The position numbers were made by a program, and so were the translations under genes. A model generated the notes under the pieces. It ran no database searches. It had not been told where the DNA came from and saw nothing but the letters and a program-made list of their open reading frames with translations. From a virus, in IMG/VR virus record IMGVR_UViG_3300027777_000023, positions 64,001 to 128,000 of that record: 64,000 bases of DNA. The stretch is one strand, 5' to 3'. This document shows, in pieces, positions 9,402 through 19,518 of this stretch. The stretch's first letter is position 1. Each line of letters opens with the position of its first letter.

Positions 9402-9584
9402 ATGGATTATCTGCAAAAACTAGCAGAAATAGAAAAGCTGATCGTTAAGATGGACCTACCGGTCTATCGTAAAACGGTTAAACATAACGACGATGCTCGA
9501 TGGCTAAAAAATAATCTCAGTGTGAGAAACGCAAAGCATAAAAACTATGCTGAGGTTATGCTATTACTTGAGAGCATTGTGTAA
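9402..9584 (+). CDS. Small hypothetical protein
   Basis: 60-aa ORF packed between recA and a terminator. Confidence 0.6.
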   Translation: MDYLQKLAEIEKLIVKMDLPVYRKTVKHNDDARWLKNNLSVRNAKHKNYAEVMLLLESIV

Positions 9585-9594
9585 CCATAGAGTT

Positions 9595-9627
9595 GCCGCC
9601 CTGGGACCTTTCCTGGGGCGGCTTTTA
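9595..9627 (+). terminator. Putative Rho-independent terminator
   Basis: GCCGCCC (9595-9601) / GGGCGGC (9616-9622) stem with inner pairing, followed by TTTTA. Confidence 0.65.
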
Positions 9628-9629
9628 TC

Positions 9630-10142
9630 ATGACATATATAGGATTTGACAATGGAGTAACATCTGAAGGAATTGGTGTGGTAACACACGAGCAAAAAGC
9701 TTTCTTGTATAAGCTGCCAGTAAAGAAAGAACTGAGCTATACAAAAGAAGCGAAGTATATCAGTCGAGTAGACTATCCAAGCTTATTGGATTTGTTTATA
9801 CGATTGAGAGCAGAGGCTATAGACAATGGTGGTGTTGTACATGTAGGGTTAGAACGCCCTATGGTAAACAGTGCTAGGTTTAATGCGTCCATGAGTGCTG
9901 TGCGTTGCCTGGAAGCGACATTGATAGCTCTCGAAGAGGTAGGTTTCAGTTATCAGTATATTGATAGCAAGGAATGGCAGAAAGAGCTATTACCAAAAGG
10001 TATCAAAGGTAGTGCTGAGCTAAAGAAGGCTAGCCTTGATGTAGGGAAAAGGTTGTTCCCCACACTAACTATCAAGAAAGATGCTGATGGGCTATTGATC
10101 GCTGAGTATCTGCGCAGGAAAAACACAGCGAAGAAAGGATAA
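9630..10142 (+). CDS. ruvC: RuvC-like Holliday junction resolvase
   Basis: YIGFDNG (catalytic D), GLERP (E), DADGLLIAEY (D..D). Confidence 0.8.
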   Translation: MTYIGFDNGVTSEGIGVVTHEQKAFLYKLPVKKELSYTKEAKYISRVDYPSLLDLFIRLRAEAIDNGGVVHVGLERPMVNSARFNASMSAVRCLEATLIALEEVGFSYQYIDSKEWQKELLPKGIKGSAELKKASLDVGKRLFPTLTIKKDADGLLIAEYLRRKNTAKKG

Positions 10143-10148
10143 TCGATA

Positions 10149-10913
10149 ATGGTAAAGCAGTTCGATTTTCTTTCAGGATACACGCAGGCAACTAAATCCT
10201 CAAATCCAGAGCAGATGCTGTTTTGGGATGATGATTATAATATAGTAAAACCAGTTCGTGGCGGTATTGTGTATGAAGAAGTCAATAACTTCTTCAATAA
10301 GCTAAACTACAAACGAGTGCCAAGGTATGTGGAGTACTGGGAACAACTCACACCAAAGAATGACTCTGAGGTTTTTCAAAGGTGGCTGTTCGCTTTCATG
10401 AGTGTTCACACATCATGGAAATCCAATATTGCTGGATACTTGGCAATTAAAGACTGGTGGAAATGGGTGAATAAATGGGACGACCTACTAAAGTTGCTAG
10501 AAATTAGCAAAGTAGGTATGCAGAACAACAGAGTCAAATTCATTTCCGAGTTCGGACACAAATTCTGGGAAGATCCTTCAAAGTATAAAAAGCAAGAAGA
10601 TGAATCCTGGCAATCCCTCAGAAACAGACTCAAGCACCTCACATTAGGCTTGGGCCCCGCAAAGACTAGCTTTGCGCTAGAAATGTGCTACCCAACCACA
10701 GCCAAGCTGTGTTGCCTGGATACCCATATGTTCCAGGTTTATGGTCTCGAGCAAACCAAAGATGCAAAGCATTATGGTGAGATCGAGAGTCACTGGGTAG
10801 AAATGAGCAATATGTGGAATATTCCGGCATATATTGCTCGATGCTTGTACTGGGATGTAAAACAAGGATACATGGACAGCCGCTATTGGAGTCATGTATT
10901 CGAAAAGCAGTAA
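10149..10913 (+). CDS. HhH-superfamily DNA glycosylase/AP lyase (Ogg-like)
   Basis: HhH-like LGLGPAKTSFAL with Lys, followed by CLDTHM (catalytic Asp), in an all-helical context. Confidence 0.7.
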   Translation: MVKQFDFLSGYTQATKSSNPEQMLFWDDDYNIVKPVRGGIVYEEVNNFFNKLNYKRVPRYVEYWEQLTPKNDSEVFQRWLFAFMSVHTSWKSNIAGYLAIKDWWKWVNKWDDLLKLLEISKVGMQNNRVKFISEFGHKFWEDPSKYKKQEDESWQSLRNRLKHLTLGLGPAKTSFALEMCYPTTAKLCCLDTHMFQVYGLEQTKDAKHYGEIESHWVEMSNMWNIPAYIARCLYWDVKQGYMDSRYWSHVFEKQ

Positions 10914-10934
10914 ACAACAAAACCAAAAAACAGT

Positions 10935-11636
10935 ATGAAGAACAATAACAACTCCAGCAAGAACATCAACCTCAACGAAACCCACGAAGAACAAGTTATG
11001 CGAGTACTTCGCGAAATGGTCGACGCTGGCGAAATCAATACAAAGATCGTCGGCGGTGTAGAGTATTTTGGTCTTACTGCAGAAGCTGCATTGGACGAAA
11101 AGACTCGGCGTAGCGCCATTACTAAGAAAGCTTGGGCTACTCGCAAACGTACAGTACAAGCTAAAGCAGGAAAAACTAGCCAAAAAACAACAACAGTAAA
11201 GCACAAGGAACACAAGAACATGACAACAGTAAACCTCAAACGTATCGCAGCAGCACAAAAAGCAGTAGCAACCCGTAAACTTAATATGCAGAATAAAACG
11301 ACCAACAGCCCCACTAACACCACAATAACACTCGCAGCAAAGCGTAGTGCTGCAGCTCACAAGGCTGTAGCTACTCGCCGCCGCAACCAGACACTCAAGG
11401 TTACAGGCTGCACGAAGAACGTGACCACAACCTGCCAAGCAGCCCTCAAAACAAAGCGTGTGGAAGCTGCCCATAAAGCTGTGGCTACCCGCCGAGCCAA
11501 CGCACTCAAGGCAAAGCGCAGCGCTGCAGCTCGCAAGGCAGCTGTTACCTGCAAACTCAAAGCACGTAAAGCCAAGCTTAGTATGACAGCCTATAAAGCC
11601 GCAGCAACTCGTAAGCTTAATCGCGCTAGTCGATAA
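10935..11636 (+). CDS. Highly basic Lys/Arg/Ala repeat protein (histone H1-like) with N-terminal winged-helix-like segment
   Basis: Six copies of an AxKAxATRK/R motif. The N-terminus QVMRVLREMVDAGEINTKIVGGVEYFGL resembles a wHTH end. Confidence 0.75.
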   Translation: MKNNNNSSKNINLNETHEEQVMRVLREMVDAGEINTKIVGGVEYFGLTAEAALDEKTRRSAITKKAWATRKRTVQAKAGKTSQKTTTVKHKEHKNMTTVNLKRIAAAQKAVATRKLNMQNKTTNSPTNTTITLAAKRSAAAHKAVATRRRNQTLKVTGCTKNVTTTCQAALKTKRVEAAHKAVATRRANALKAKRSAAARKAAVTCKLKARKAKLSMTAYKAAATRKLNRASR

Positions 11637-11705
11637 CAGTATAGCGTTAAGTTGCTAGACTGCCAGTGTAGCCCGCCATAGAGAAGGTAAAAAATACTTT
11701 ACTTT

Positions 11706-11972
11706 ATGGCGGGCTTGCTGAATAATTTACCTATGAATGAAGACGATTGGTTTGACGACGAAGACGAGGAACAATCATTAGCTCCGCAGCAACTTGAAAT
11801 GCAAAAGTTGCTGCGTCAACTAGAACTTAAATCCAAAAACATGTTTCGTTATCTCATCACTGAAGGGTTTATTGAGAAAACCGACCGCCCTGACGAGTAC
11901 AAGTATACTCCAGAGGGCTTTGTGCTGGCACAGCAACAGTACAAGAAGATGCGGGAAGAAGGCTTGCTGTAA
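11706..11972 (+). CDS. Small hypothetical protein
   Basis: 88 aa with acidic N-terminus and a wHTH-like LITEGFIEK..YKYTPEG segment. Confidence 0.65.
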   Translation: MAGLLNNLPMNEDDWFDDEDEEQSLAPQQLEMQKLLRQLELKSKNMFRYLITEGFIEKTDRPDEYKYTPEGFVLAQQQYKKMREEGLL

Positions 11973-11988
11973 AACAAAAAACAAATAA

Positions 11989-12060
11989 GCCAGCATAGCT
12001 CAGTGGTAGAGCAACGGTTTTGTAAACCGTCGGTCGTCGGTTCAATCCCGACTGCTGGCT
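11989..12060 (+). tRNA. trnT: tRNA-Thr(UGU), CCA not encoded
   Basis: GCCAGCA/TGCTGGC acceptor stem, D arm AGCTCAGTGGTAGAGC, anticodon arm ACGGT-TTTGTAA-ACCGT, T loop GGTTCAATCC. Confidence 0.97.
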
Positions 12061-12069
12061 CACTTTTAT

Positions 12070-12990
12070 ATGGACGACGACGTTGAAATTCTAAAGGGTA
12101 CGGTAGCGTTACTGTATGACAAGGCCGGAATGAGAGCTTTCAGGGTTAAATGTGATGTGGGTACATTTGTGGTTGTCGACTACGTGTGCGACCCACTAGA
12201 CAGAGAAGTATACTGGGAGCGAGATACAAAACTAGTACGTCCTGGATGTGATGAGTATGACATGCCTAGCGCACTGATACGCGGTTATGTAAATACGATA
12301 CATAATAAGCTAAAGCCATCTCAACGAGAGAAATGGCCTAAATTAAAGTAAAATTAAATTACCTGTATGGGTAAAAAGCCAAACTCGAAAGAACGTGAGG
12401 CATCAAACTATATAGTGTTTCTGGTATTGTGTTTATTGATCACACTACTAGCACTTGATGCTTATCTCATAGTTAGATTATTTTAATACGTGAGAACGCA
12501 CCATAGATACTTATCAAGTTTTAACAAAATTATAATATGCTCAAACAAAATGCCTATCACATTATTATGTTCTATGATAGTCACGATAAATGGAACTATA
12601 GAGACGACCATCATAGAGTGGTTAAATTTAACGAACAAAACGAAGCTGAGAAAAAGGTTGAGCAGATCTTGAAGCAGGACAACTCTATCGTCGCAGCCGA
12701 CGTTATACTGGTCACTGAGTATGCGGTAAAACATATAACAAGAAATAATGACAACGCCGACAACACAAGAAAAGATTAAACAATACGAAAATTTCCTGCA
12801 CAACATCAATCTAATGATGGTTTGCTCTAGTAGCGAAGGGATTAAGAAGCTATTAAAGAACGTAGACAACTGGAGTTATGCTCATAGAGCAGGAAACGGT
12901 GAAATGAGTGAAGAAGATCAGCAAGAGTATATAAACAGGGCATTCTGGAAGCTGAATGACCTTGACCTTACCAGACACACCTTAAACTAG
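12070..12990 (+). CDS. Run of small hypothetical ORFs (12070-12351, 12537-12779, 12748-12990, plus a short membrane ORF near 12367-12485)
   Basis: Co-oriented, closely packed ORFs with no recognised motifs. Confidence 0.6.
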
Positions 12991-13010
12991 AAAACTAATA
13001 GAATAACATT

Positions 13011-13463
13011 ATGGGATTAGACATGTACCTAGAAGCCGAGTGTTACATCTCGGAGTATGACGAGCAAAACAACGAACTCATTAAAGCTATCGAGCAAACC
13101 GCACCGTTGGGATTAGCTGAATTCAAACCTAAAAGCATTACGTTTGAATTAGCGTATTGGCGCAAAGCTAACGCTATTCACGGCTGGTTTGTAAAGAATG
13201 TGCAGGGCGGTAAAGACGACTGTCAGGCTAGTTATGTTTCAAAAGAGCAGCTCAAAGAACTCAAAGAAACATGTGAAAAAGTATTAGATAACCTAGAGCT
13301 GGCTCCTGAGTTGTTACCTACAACACCAGGTTTCTTCTTTGGAAATTATGAATATGACGAATGGTTTGAAAGCGATCTTGATAAAACCGTAAAGATTTTA
13401 GACAAGATTTTGACAGCACCATTAGCGCGCAAGTGGTACATTCAATACAGAGCATCCTGGTAG
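13011..13463 (+). CDS. Conserved phage hypothetical protein
   Basis: MGLDMYL..LAYWRKANAIHGWFV..GFFFG..YRASW is a pattern I recall from many phage proteins; function unknown. Confidence 0.75.
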   Translation: MGLDMYLEAECYISEYDEQNNELIKAIEQTAPLGLAEFKPKSITFELAYWRKANAIHGWFVKNVQGGKDDCQASYVSKEQLKELKETCEKVLDNLELAPELLPTTPGFFFGNYEYDEWFESDLDKTVKILDKILTAPLARKWYIQYRASW

Positions 13464-13464
13464 T

Positions 13465-15123
13465 ATGGAACCTGAAATATTAAAATTTACTCCTGAAGAA
13501 GAATTTGCTTTTTATTGGAGTGGATTAATTGCTAGTGGCTGTCTGGAAACCATAGACGAGTATATGGAGCAATCTATTATACGCTATGGTCGAATTCTTG
13601 TGGCTGACAGCCTAAAAAAGAACATTGATACCGGTGACCATATATGATTCCAGAACTAGGTAAATACTACTACGTAGACTATAAAGACAACACAAATCCC
13701 AAAGGCTCGTACTGTGGGATTGCCCGCTGTGTTAACAAGTACGAATATGATGAAGCAGGCAACAAACTAAATCCTGTGATGTACGAGTTCGAGCATCCTC
13801 AGGGCGACAAGAACGTATTGAGTTTGTTTGTAGATAAAGAAATATTATTGAAAGCAACATAAAATGTACACGTTTGAATCAAAGAGGGATCAGCTGTATT
13901 TCAGAAATAGAGAAGAGCTTCGTAAAGCAATAGAACTAGCTGGCGGAAATGGCGACTTCGTTATCTCAAAAACGGCTGAGGAACTATTGGATACTCTGGC
14001 TAAAAACAGCATAGAGTTAGAGGCGCACTATATCGGAGAAAAAAACAATGAAAATTAAAACTCCAACTCTCAAAGATAAGGCTGAAGTATTAACCTACAG
14101 AAAATTTATCAAAGCTGTAGGTGGTTTCATCTTACAGCAAAAAAGAAAAAATAATTAATATGAACAAAGAATACTTCATTCGCACAGTAACAGAAAAAGG
14201 CAAACTAAAGACTCCTAAGTATGTAAGCGGAGAGCCAGTAGCCTTTTGGAGAACATTCAAATCAGAAGCGGAAGCACTTGAGTTTGCTAAAGAGTATGAT
14301 TTGGATAACTTCGTAATCTTAACAAAGTACGTACAAACAAAAGAAATTACACAGAGATTTGATTAAAATGAGAACAACCTATCCTGAAGATTACACAGGC
14401 CCAAAAGCCGGCGGATCAGACGATAAAGAATGGTTGAGTATAACAGAGTATCAAGCATTCTGCTGGGTGAAAGATGGTACTTGGTATTATTCTGATTTCG
14501 ATTGTTGGTTATCGGCTAGAGCCACACAGCACGTTCAGCTAGGTAGAGATTCTCTTCTAGACAGCCTTAGAGGAGAAGTTGACAAAATTATGACTGCTAT
14601 GATACAAGACACAGAACAGAAAACAACAGTATGCTAGAAATAGATAAACTAAAGGCTGAGGCAATTCACTACAAAGAGCTGTGTTTTAAATTGTACACTG
14701 CACTCAACACAGTTGTTGATAGAAAGACTGTTGAAGGTTTTGACAATTGTACCACAATGCGGGCCAAAGCCGGCGACTCTGATCTCATCTGCAAAGCACT
14801 ATTAGCTTACGAATACAACAAACTAAAGTAATATGTTAATAACACTAAGAGACGAAGGTACTTGTCCTGTGTGTGAAGGTGCATGCGTTGTGCCTGGACC
14901 AAAGTACGTGGGAAAGGCGGATTCAGGCACAAGACCATGCACTAACTGTGGTGGACAATATATGTTCGGTACACCTAGAGGTAAGGTGCACCTACGGTAC
15001 CACGATGGAGTGCCTTGTACACATTCCTACAAGGCAGCCACGAGGCAGTCCATATATCGCACCATACATACGTCTGAGTGCGAACATTGCGGAGACACAT
15101 GGACATCAGATAGCGGAGATTAA
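13465..15123 (+). CDS. Array of small hypothetical ORFs (13465-13647, 13644-13862, 13864-14058, 14160-14366, 14359-14637, 14631-14831, 14833-15123; the last is Cys-rich, Zn-finger-like)
   Basis: Abutting or overlapping starts and stops typical of phage early regions. The last ORF has CPVC, CTNC and CEHC. Confidence 0.65.
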
Positions 15124-15185
15124 ACAAATAAACAAAGTACTATTCAACAGTAAAGAAGAAATTAAAAGAACAACCGTAGAAGAAT

Positions 15186-15644
15186 ATGAAACTAACTAAA
15201 GAAAACCCAGCAATTGCACTTAACAAAGAAATCTTTAAAGCTTTTTGCGAAAAGCACAACATCAGTAAGATAACGCTAGACTATGATGGTTGCGGAGATA
15301 GTGGACAGTTTGAAGGATATCAGGCCTACAACAAAGAAGAAGCGCAGGTTGATTTGCCTCGTGAAGATTGCAATGTGTTCTCGAGTTATCAGAGGTGCGA
15401 TCTGCATGAAAATGGTACTGACGTTAAAAAAGTATGGTGGACTTATACAGAGCCTGAAGAAAAAAAGGCTAACAGCGAAGAATTGGTCGAGACCCTAGGC
15501 TATATGGCACTAGAAGATTATTACGGTGGCTGGGAAATCAATAGCGGTAGTTATGGCACAGTTACATTGATGGCTGACGGTAAAGGCCATATCGAGCACT
15601 ATGAAAGAATTGAAGAAGTGAACAGCAGCGAAGCTGAATTCTAA
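15186..15644 (+). CDS. DUF6878-like protein
   Basis: ITLDYDGCGDSGQFE and GWEINSGSYGTV; family name is from recall. Confidence 0.6.
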   Translation: MKLTKENPAIALNKEIFKAFCEKHNISKITLDYDGCGDSGQFEGYQAYNKEEAQVDLPREDCNVFSSYQRCDLHENGTDVKKVWWTYTEPEEKKANSEELVETLGYMALEDYYGGWEINSGSYGTVTLMADGKGHIEHYERIEEVNSSEAEF

Positions 15645-15645
15645 A

Positions 15646-15990
15646 ATGGCAAATCCATATCATCACGCAGTAAGCTCTGTTAAAAAGTGGGGCGGTTGTG
15701 CGGAGGATTATATAACTATCCATAGTTGGTTTGACGAGTCAAAGAGTCATTTTGCCGATTTCAGACACAGAGCGTTAAGGCATCACTCTGAAGGTATATT
15801 TCAGTGTGAGCAAAAGTTCGGTAATACTATAACCACTAGCACAGGGAAAGTGATCCCTGTGCGGTGGATCGGTGAACAGCACGTCAAAGAAGATTTGGGA
15901 AGAATCCCAAGCATTCAAGACTGGTTTCAGTATATAGTTCCACAATCGTGGATGGGTAGAACAGAGAAAATTGAAAAAGACCTAGAGTAA
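15646..15990 (+). CDS. DUF6915-like His-rich protein
   Basis: MANPYHHAVSSVKKWGG..EDY..IHSWFDESK..DFRHRALRHHSEGIF..GEQHVKEDLG; family name is from recall. Confidence 0.65.
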   Translation: MANPYHHAVSSVKKWGGCAEDYITIHSWFDESKSHFADFRHRALRHHSEGIFQCEQKFGNTITTSTGKVIPVRWIGEQHVKEDLGRIPSIQDWFQYIVPQSWMGRTEKIEKDLE

Positions 15991-15991
15991 T

Positions 15992-17048
15992 ATGAATAAA
16001 GATCTACAGACAGCGTTCAGCTATGTACTAGCTTCAAGAAAGTATGGGAATGTTTATATTAAAAAAGACGATCACGTATTATTTGCTCGCTACATTGTAG
16101 AGCTTCCATATGTTGGTGATATAGGTGCCGTGGTGGCTTCAACAAAGCCCTTTGGTAGAAGTAAGACAAAGAGCAAATGCTATCTACATTGGGAGGATCA
16201 TCCTCACAAGCCTGAAAGAAACGGTAAACCTGTCAGCTCGTTGCTCATCAAAGTAACACTAGAAAACCTCAACAACATTAATATTTATGAACTTTAAGGA
16301 TCAAATTGACAAGTTGCAGAAACTATTCACCGACGCATTCATCCTATGGGATGTTGATGTGAAGATGAAGAATATCGATGAAGAAGAATACTCGTGTGCA
16401 GTATTCTTCAATGTCTGGGGCAATGATATTCTGCTCGAGCTAGAGTATGAACCATACCTGAAAGCCTGGAGATTAACTGACGACGATGCAGTATTTACTG
16501 TCAGCTCCTATGAAGAAGTCTGGATGGTTGTTGCTACTCAAATGCAAACGGTCATTTCAGAACAAGAACGCAAGATCAGTAGACTCGAACACATCATAAA
16601 GAACCTAACAAAAGTATGAGCGAAACCATTCAAGACAAATCAAAAGCATTCACCATTGAGTGGGGCTACTATCAACAACTATTGAGTACTATTGAAGAGC
16701 TCAGAAAAGACCTAAAGTACTTTGCTGAGGTAGACGACATCAACCATCGCCTTATGGACGATCGTCTTCGATTAAAAGATGAGATTGCAGAATTACGAGG
16801 ATCGCCTTGCGAACATTGCGGGCATTAGCATGAACTATTACGAAAATATACACCAAAGCATAATTGACCACCTTGGTGTGGATGTGGGTAAATCTGCTGG
16901 GCTGCAGATCGACAACGCGCACACAGGTTCTCCTGAGTACCATGTCACAGACCTACATACAGGAGAAGAAAGTAAGTACATAACACACAACGGCGCATAC
17001 CTTGCAATGGCAGGTATCGTTAAAAGACATAAACTAAACAAACGATGA
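15992..17048 (+). CDS. Small hypothetical ORFs (15992-16297, 16287-16619, 16616-16828, ~16830-17048)
   Basis: Overlapping co-oriented ORFs with no recognised motifs. Confidence 0.6.
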
Positions 17049-17485
17049 GTACACCAGTAAAATATCTAATCCAGGCCAAATATAGCGACAACTCAACGTT
17101 CGCGTATAAAACATACTTCTACGATTCTTTTGAAAATGCTTGGAAAAAAGCTGAAGAATTAAATGGTATTGGTAATGACGAGTACAGTATACCCTGCACA
17201 TTCTCGGTAGTAACAGTAACACCTGGGGGTAATGAATGTTTTAATCCTGTGGAACCTTTGGAACCTTTGGAACCTTTAGATAATGTAAATCATCCAAAAC
17301 ACTATAATACAATTGAAGGTATCGAATGTCTCGATGTCGCAGAAAACTTCAACTTCAATCTAGGGAACGCCATTAAATATATCTGGCGCAGCTCTTTCAA
17401 AGGTAAACAATTGGAAGATTTGAAGAAGGCTGCGTTCTATGTAAATCGTGAAATAGAGAGGATTAAACATGAGACGAAAAACTGA
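17045..17485 (+). CDS. DUF3310 domain protein (T7 gp1.7-related family)
   Basis: DNVNHPKHYN..IECLDV..FNLGNAIKYIWR..KGKQLEDLKKA.FY..REI. Confidence 0.85.
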   Translation: MSTPVKYLIQAKYSDNSTFAYKTYFYDSFENAWKKAEELNGIGNDEYSIPCTFSVVTVTPGGNECFNPVEPLEPLEPLDNVNHPKHYNTIEGIECLDVAENFNFNLGNAIKYIWRSSFKGKQLEDLKKAAFYVNREIERIKHETKN

Positions 17486-18105
17486 AGTAATTGCAGAAGA
17501 TCTATATAACGAAGCTAATCGAATCAGTGCTCTATTGAGTGAGGCGGCGCGACGATTAGATGTACTCAGCAGGCTAGAAGCTGCAGGTGCAGAGATATCC
17601 ACTAAGTTAGAGTCCGACGAAGACAGCTTGTCGTTAGTAGAGCAAATTACAAAGCTCACTACTGAATGGCAGGCCTTGATATATGCTCAGGGGCATCACA
17701 AAGATAAGGATTGTCACTGGAGCATAGAAACAAGATGGTCTTATGGAGATTCTCCTAGGTATGTTGTACAGCATTACGGATATATTCGACCGTACGAGAT
17801 AAATGTAAAATACAGCACATATCCTGAGGCGGTAAGAGGATTGAAACTAGCGCTTGAAGAAGCCATCAGAGACCTAAAAAATGAGTAGAACTACGTGTGT
17901 GCATTTTGTGCCTATAGAGGAAGAGTGCAGTCAGTGTAATGAAAAACATACGCACTCGAAGATTCAAATACTTGAACAACGGTTAAAGGCTGTGCAGAAC
18001 ATGCTGAACAACCGAGACAACGAGTTGAGCAACGCTCGCGAAGAAATAGCTGATCTGACTAGACGACTAACCACAATAACGAACCTATATGGGAGCAACA
18101 TTTAA
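17469..18105 (+). CDS. Two hypothetical coiled-coil ORFs (17469-17888, 17881-18105)
   Basis: Overlapping ORFs with heptad-like helices. Confidence 0.6.
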
Positions 18106-18484
18106 AACCATAGAAATAACTAAAGAATTCCTTGATGCGAACAATGACGCGTACTTTGTCTACGGAGACAATGCGCAGCATCAAGGTTTGGGTGGTGCCG
18201 CCAAACTCAGGCACCACCCTAGGGCTATCGGGTTCGTAACCAAGAAAGCCCCAACACACGAGCAGACAGCATGCTTTAAGGTAGAAGAGTACACAAAGCC
18301 GTTCTTCGATCAATTAAAGCAACTGGAAACACACATAAAGAACAACCCTAAAGGAATCTTCTATATATCAAAGATAGGTTCCGGGTTTGCTAATAAACAT
18401 CACATCTGGGAAAAACTAATAAAGCACAACCTGATTGCAGAATTGGAAAACTACGATAATGTGGTGTTCTGTTGGGAAGAATAA
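18089..18484 (+). CDS. Macro-domain-like small protein
   Basis: YFVYGDN..QGLGGAA..R..PRAIGFVTK..FYISKIGSGFA resembles the Gly-rich loops of macro-like phage proteins. Confidence 0.5.
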   Translation: MGATFKTIEITKEFLDANNDAYFVYGDNAQHQGLGGAAKLRHHPRAIGFVTKKAPTHEQTACFKVEEYTKPFFDQLKQLETHIKNNPKGIFYISKIGSGFANKHHIWEKLIKHNLIAELENYDNVVFCWEE

Positions 18485-18490
18485 ACAATT

Positions 18491-19516
18491 ATGTCTAAAT
18501 TAGCAACAATAGCAAAAATACTAGCGCTAGAAGCTATTCCTGACGCAGACCGTATTGAGCGAGCTACAGTGCTTGGTTGGTCGGTGGTAGTAAGAAAAGG
18601 CTTACACGAGGTAGGTGATCTGGTTGTGATGATATTCCCAGATACACTAGTACCTAAACAGTACCTAGACCCGACTTACGAGGGAGATGAAAAGGTTCGG
18701 CTTAAGACTATAAAGATGAAAGGTCAGTACAGTGCAGGCCTAGTTATTCCACTAGCCGATTGGGCTACGCCCCCCGGTAAATATAGTGAGGGTGATGATG
18801 TGGCTGAACTTCTCGGTGTAGAGAAATATGAAACACCTATCCCTGCAAGTATCGGTGGAGATGCGTTGGGGGTATTTCCAACAGCGATCGTAAGCAAGAC
18901 AGATGAGGATAATTACAGGACTAACCCTCAAGCAATCGAAGAACTAGGTGAAGAGCGATTTAAAGATACTTCGTTTGTAGCTACGCTAAAGTGTGACGGC
19001 AGTAGCGGAACATTCTTTCTTAAAGAAGGGTTGTTTCGAGTATGCAGTCGTAACCTAGAGCTACGTGAAACTGAAGGTAATGCTTTCTGGCAGGTGGCAC
19101 GAAAGTACAGACTAGAGGAAGTTATGCGTGAGCAAGACGTAGAATATGCTATTCAAGGCGAGGTGTGTGGTCCTGGAATACAAGGAAATCCTATGAAGCT
19201 TAAATCGCTTTCATTATTTGTATTCCTGATCAAAGATCTAAGCACAGACAAATGGCTACCTTGGGAAGACACTGTAGAGTTCTGCAATGCGCACAACATT
19301 CCGCTTGTGGAAGAACTATTCAAGATAGCTCACTATCACGATCTGCCCAGATGGGATGAGCTACAAGCAATCGCAAACAATACTAAATACGATAACGGTA
19401 AAACAAACGCTGAAGGCTTGGTGTTGCGCACAACCACACCAATGCACTCAAAAGTACTAGGTAAAGCCTGGTGGAGTCTGAAGATCATGAACGAACCCTA
19501 CGACGTAAAGAAATAA
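18491..19516 (+). CDS. ATP-dependent RNA ligase, DRB0094 family
   Basis: N-terminal LATIAKILALEAIPDADRIE..GWSVVVRKG OB module, motif I TLKCDGSS, QGEVCGPGIQGN, EGLVLR, SLKIMN. Confidence 0.9.
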   Translation: MSKLATIAKILALEAIPDADRIERATVLGWSVVVRKGLHEVGDLVVMIFPDTLVPKQYLDPTYEGDEKVRLKTIKMKGQYSAGLVIPLADWATPPGKYSEGDDVAELLGVEKYETPIPASIGGDALGVFPTAIVSKTDEDNYRTNPQAIEELGEERFKDTSFVATLKCDGSSGTFFLKEGLFRVCSRNLELRETEGNAFWQVARKYRLEEVMREQDVEYAIQGEVCGPGIQGNPMKLKSLSLFVFLIKDLSTDKWLPWEDTVEFCNAHNIPLVEELFKIAHYHDLPRWDELQAIANNTKYDNGKTNAEGLVLRTTTPMHSKVLGKAWWSLKIMNEPYDVKK

Positions 19517-19518
19517 AT

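Noticed and set aside
10677-11575. Long antisense ORFs (265, 143, 72 aa) over the basic repeat gene
   Set aside because: Shadow frames of a low-complexity Ala/Lys/Arg gene. The plus-strand ORF fits the operon and has coherent repeats.
17251-17277. 9-bp tandem repeat x3 (GGAACCTTT; EPLEPLEPL)
   Set aside because: In-frame linker expansion before the DUF3310 domain, with no frame-switch potential.
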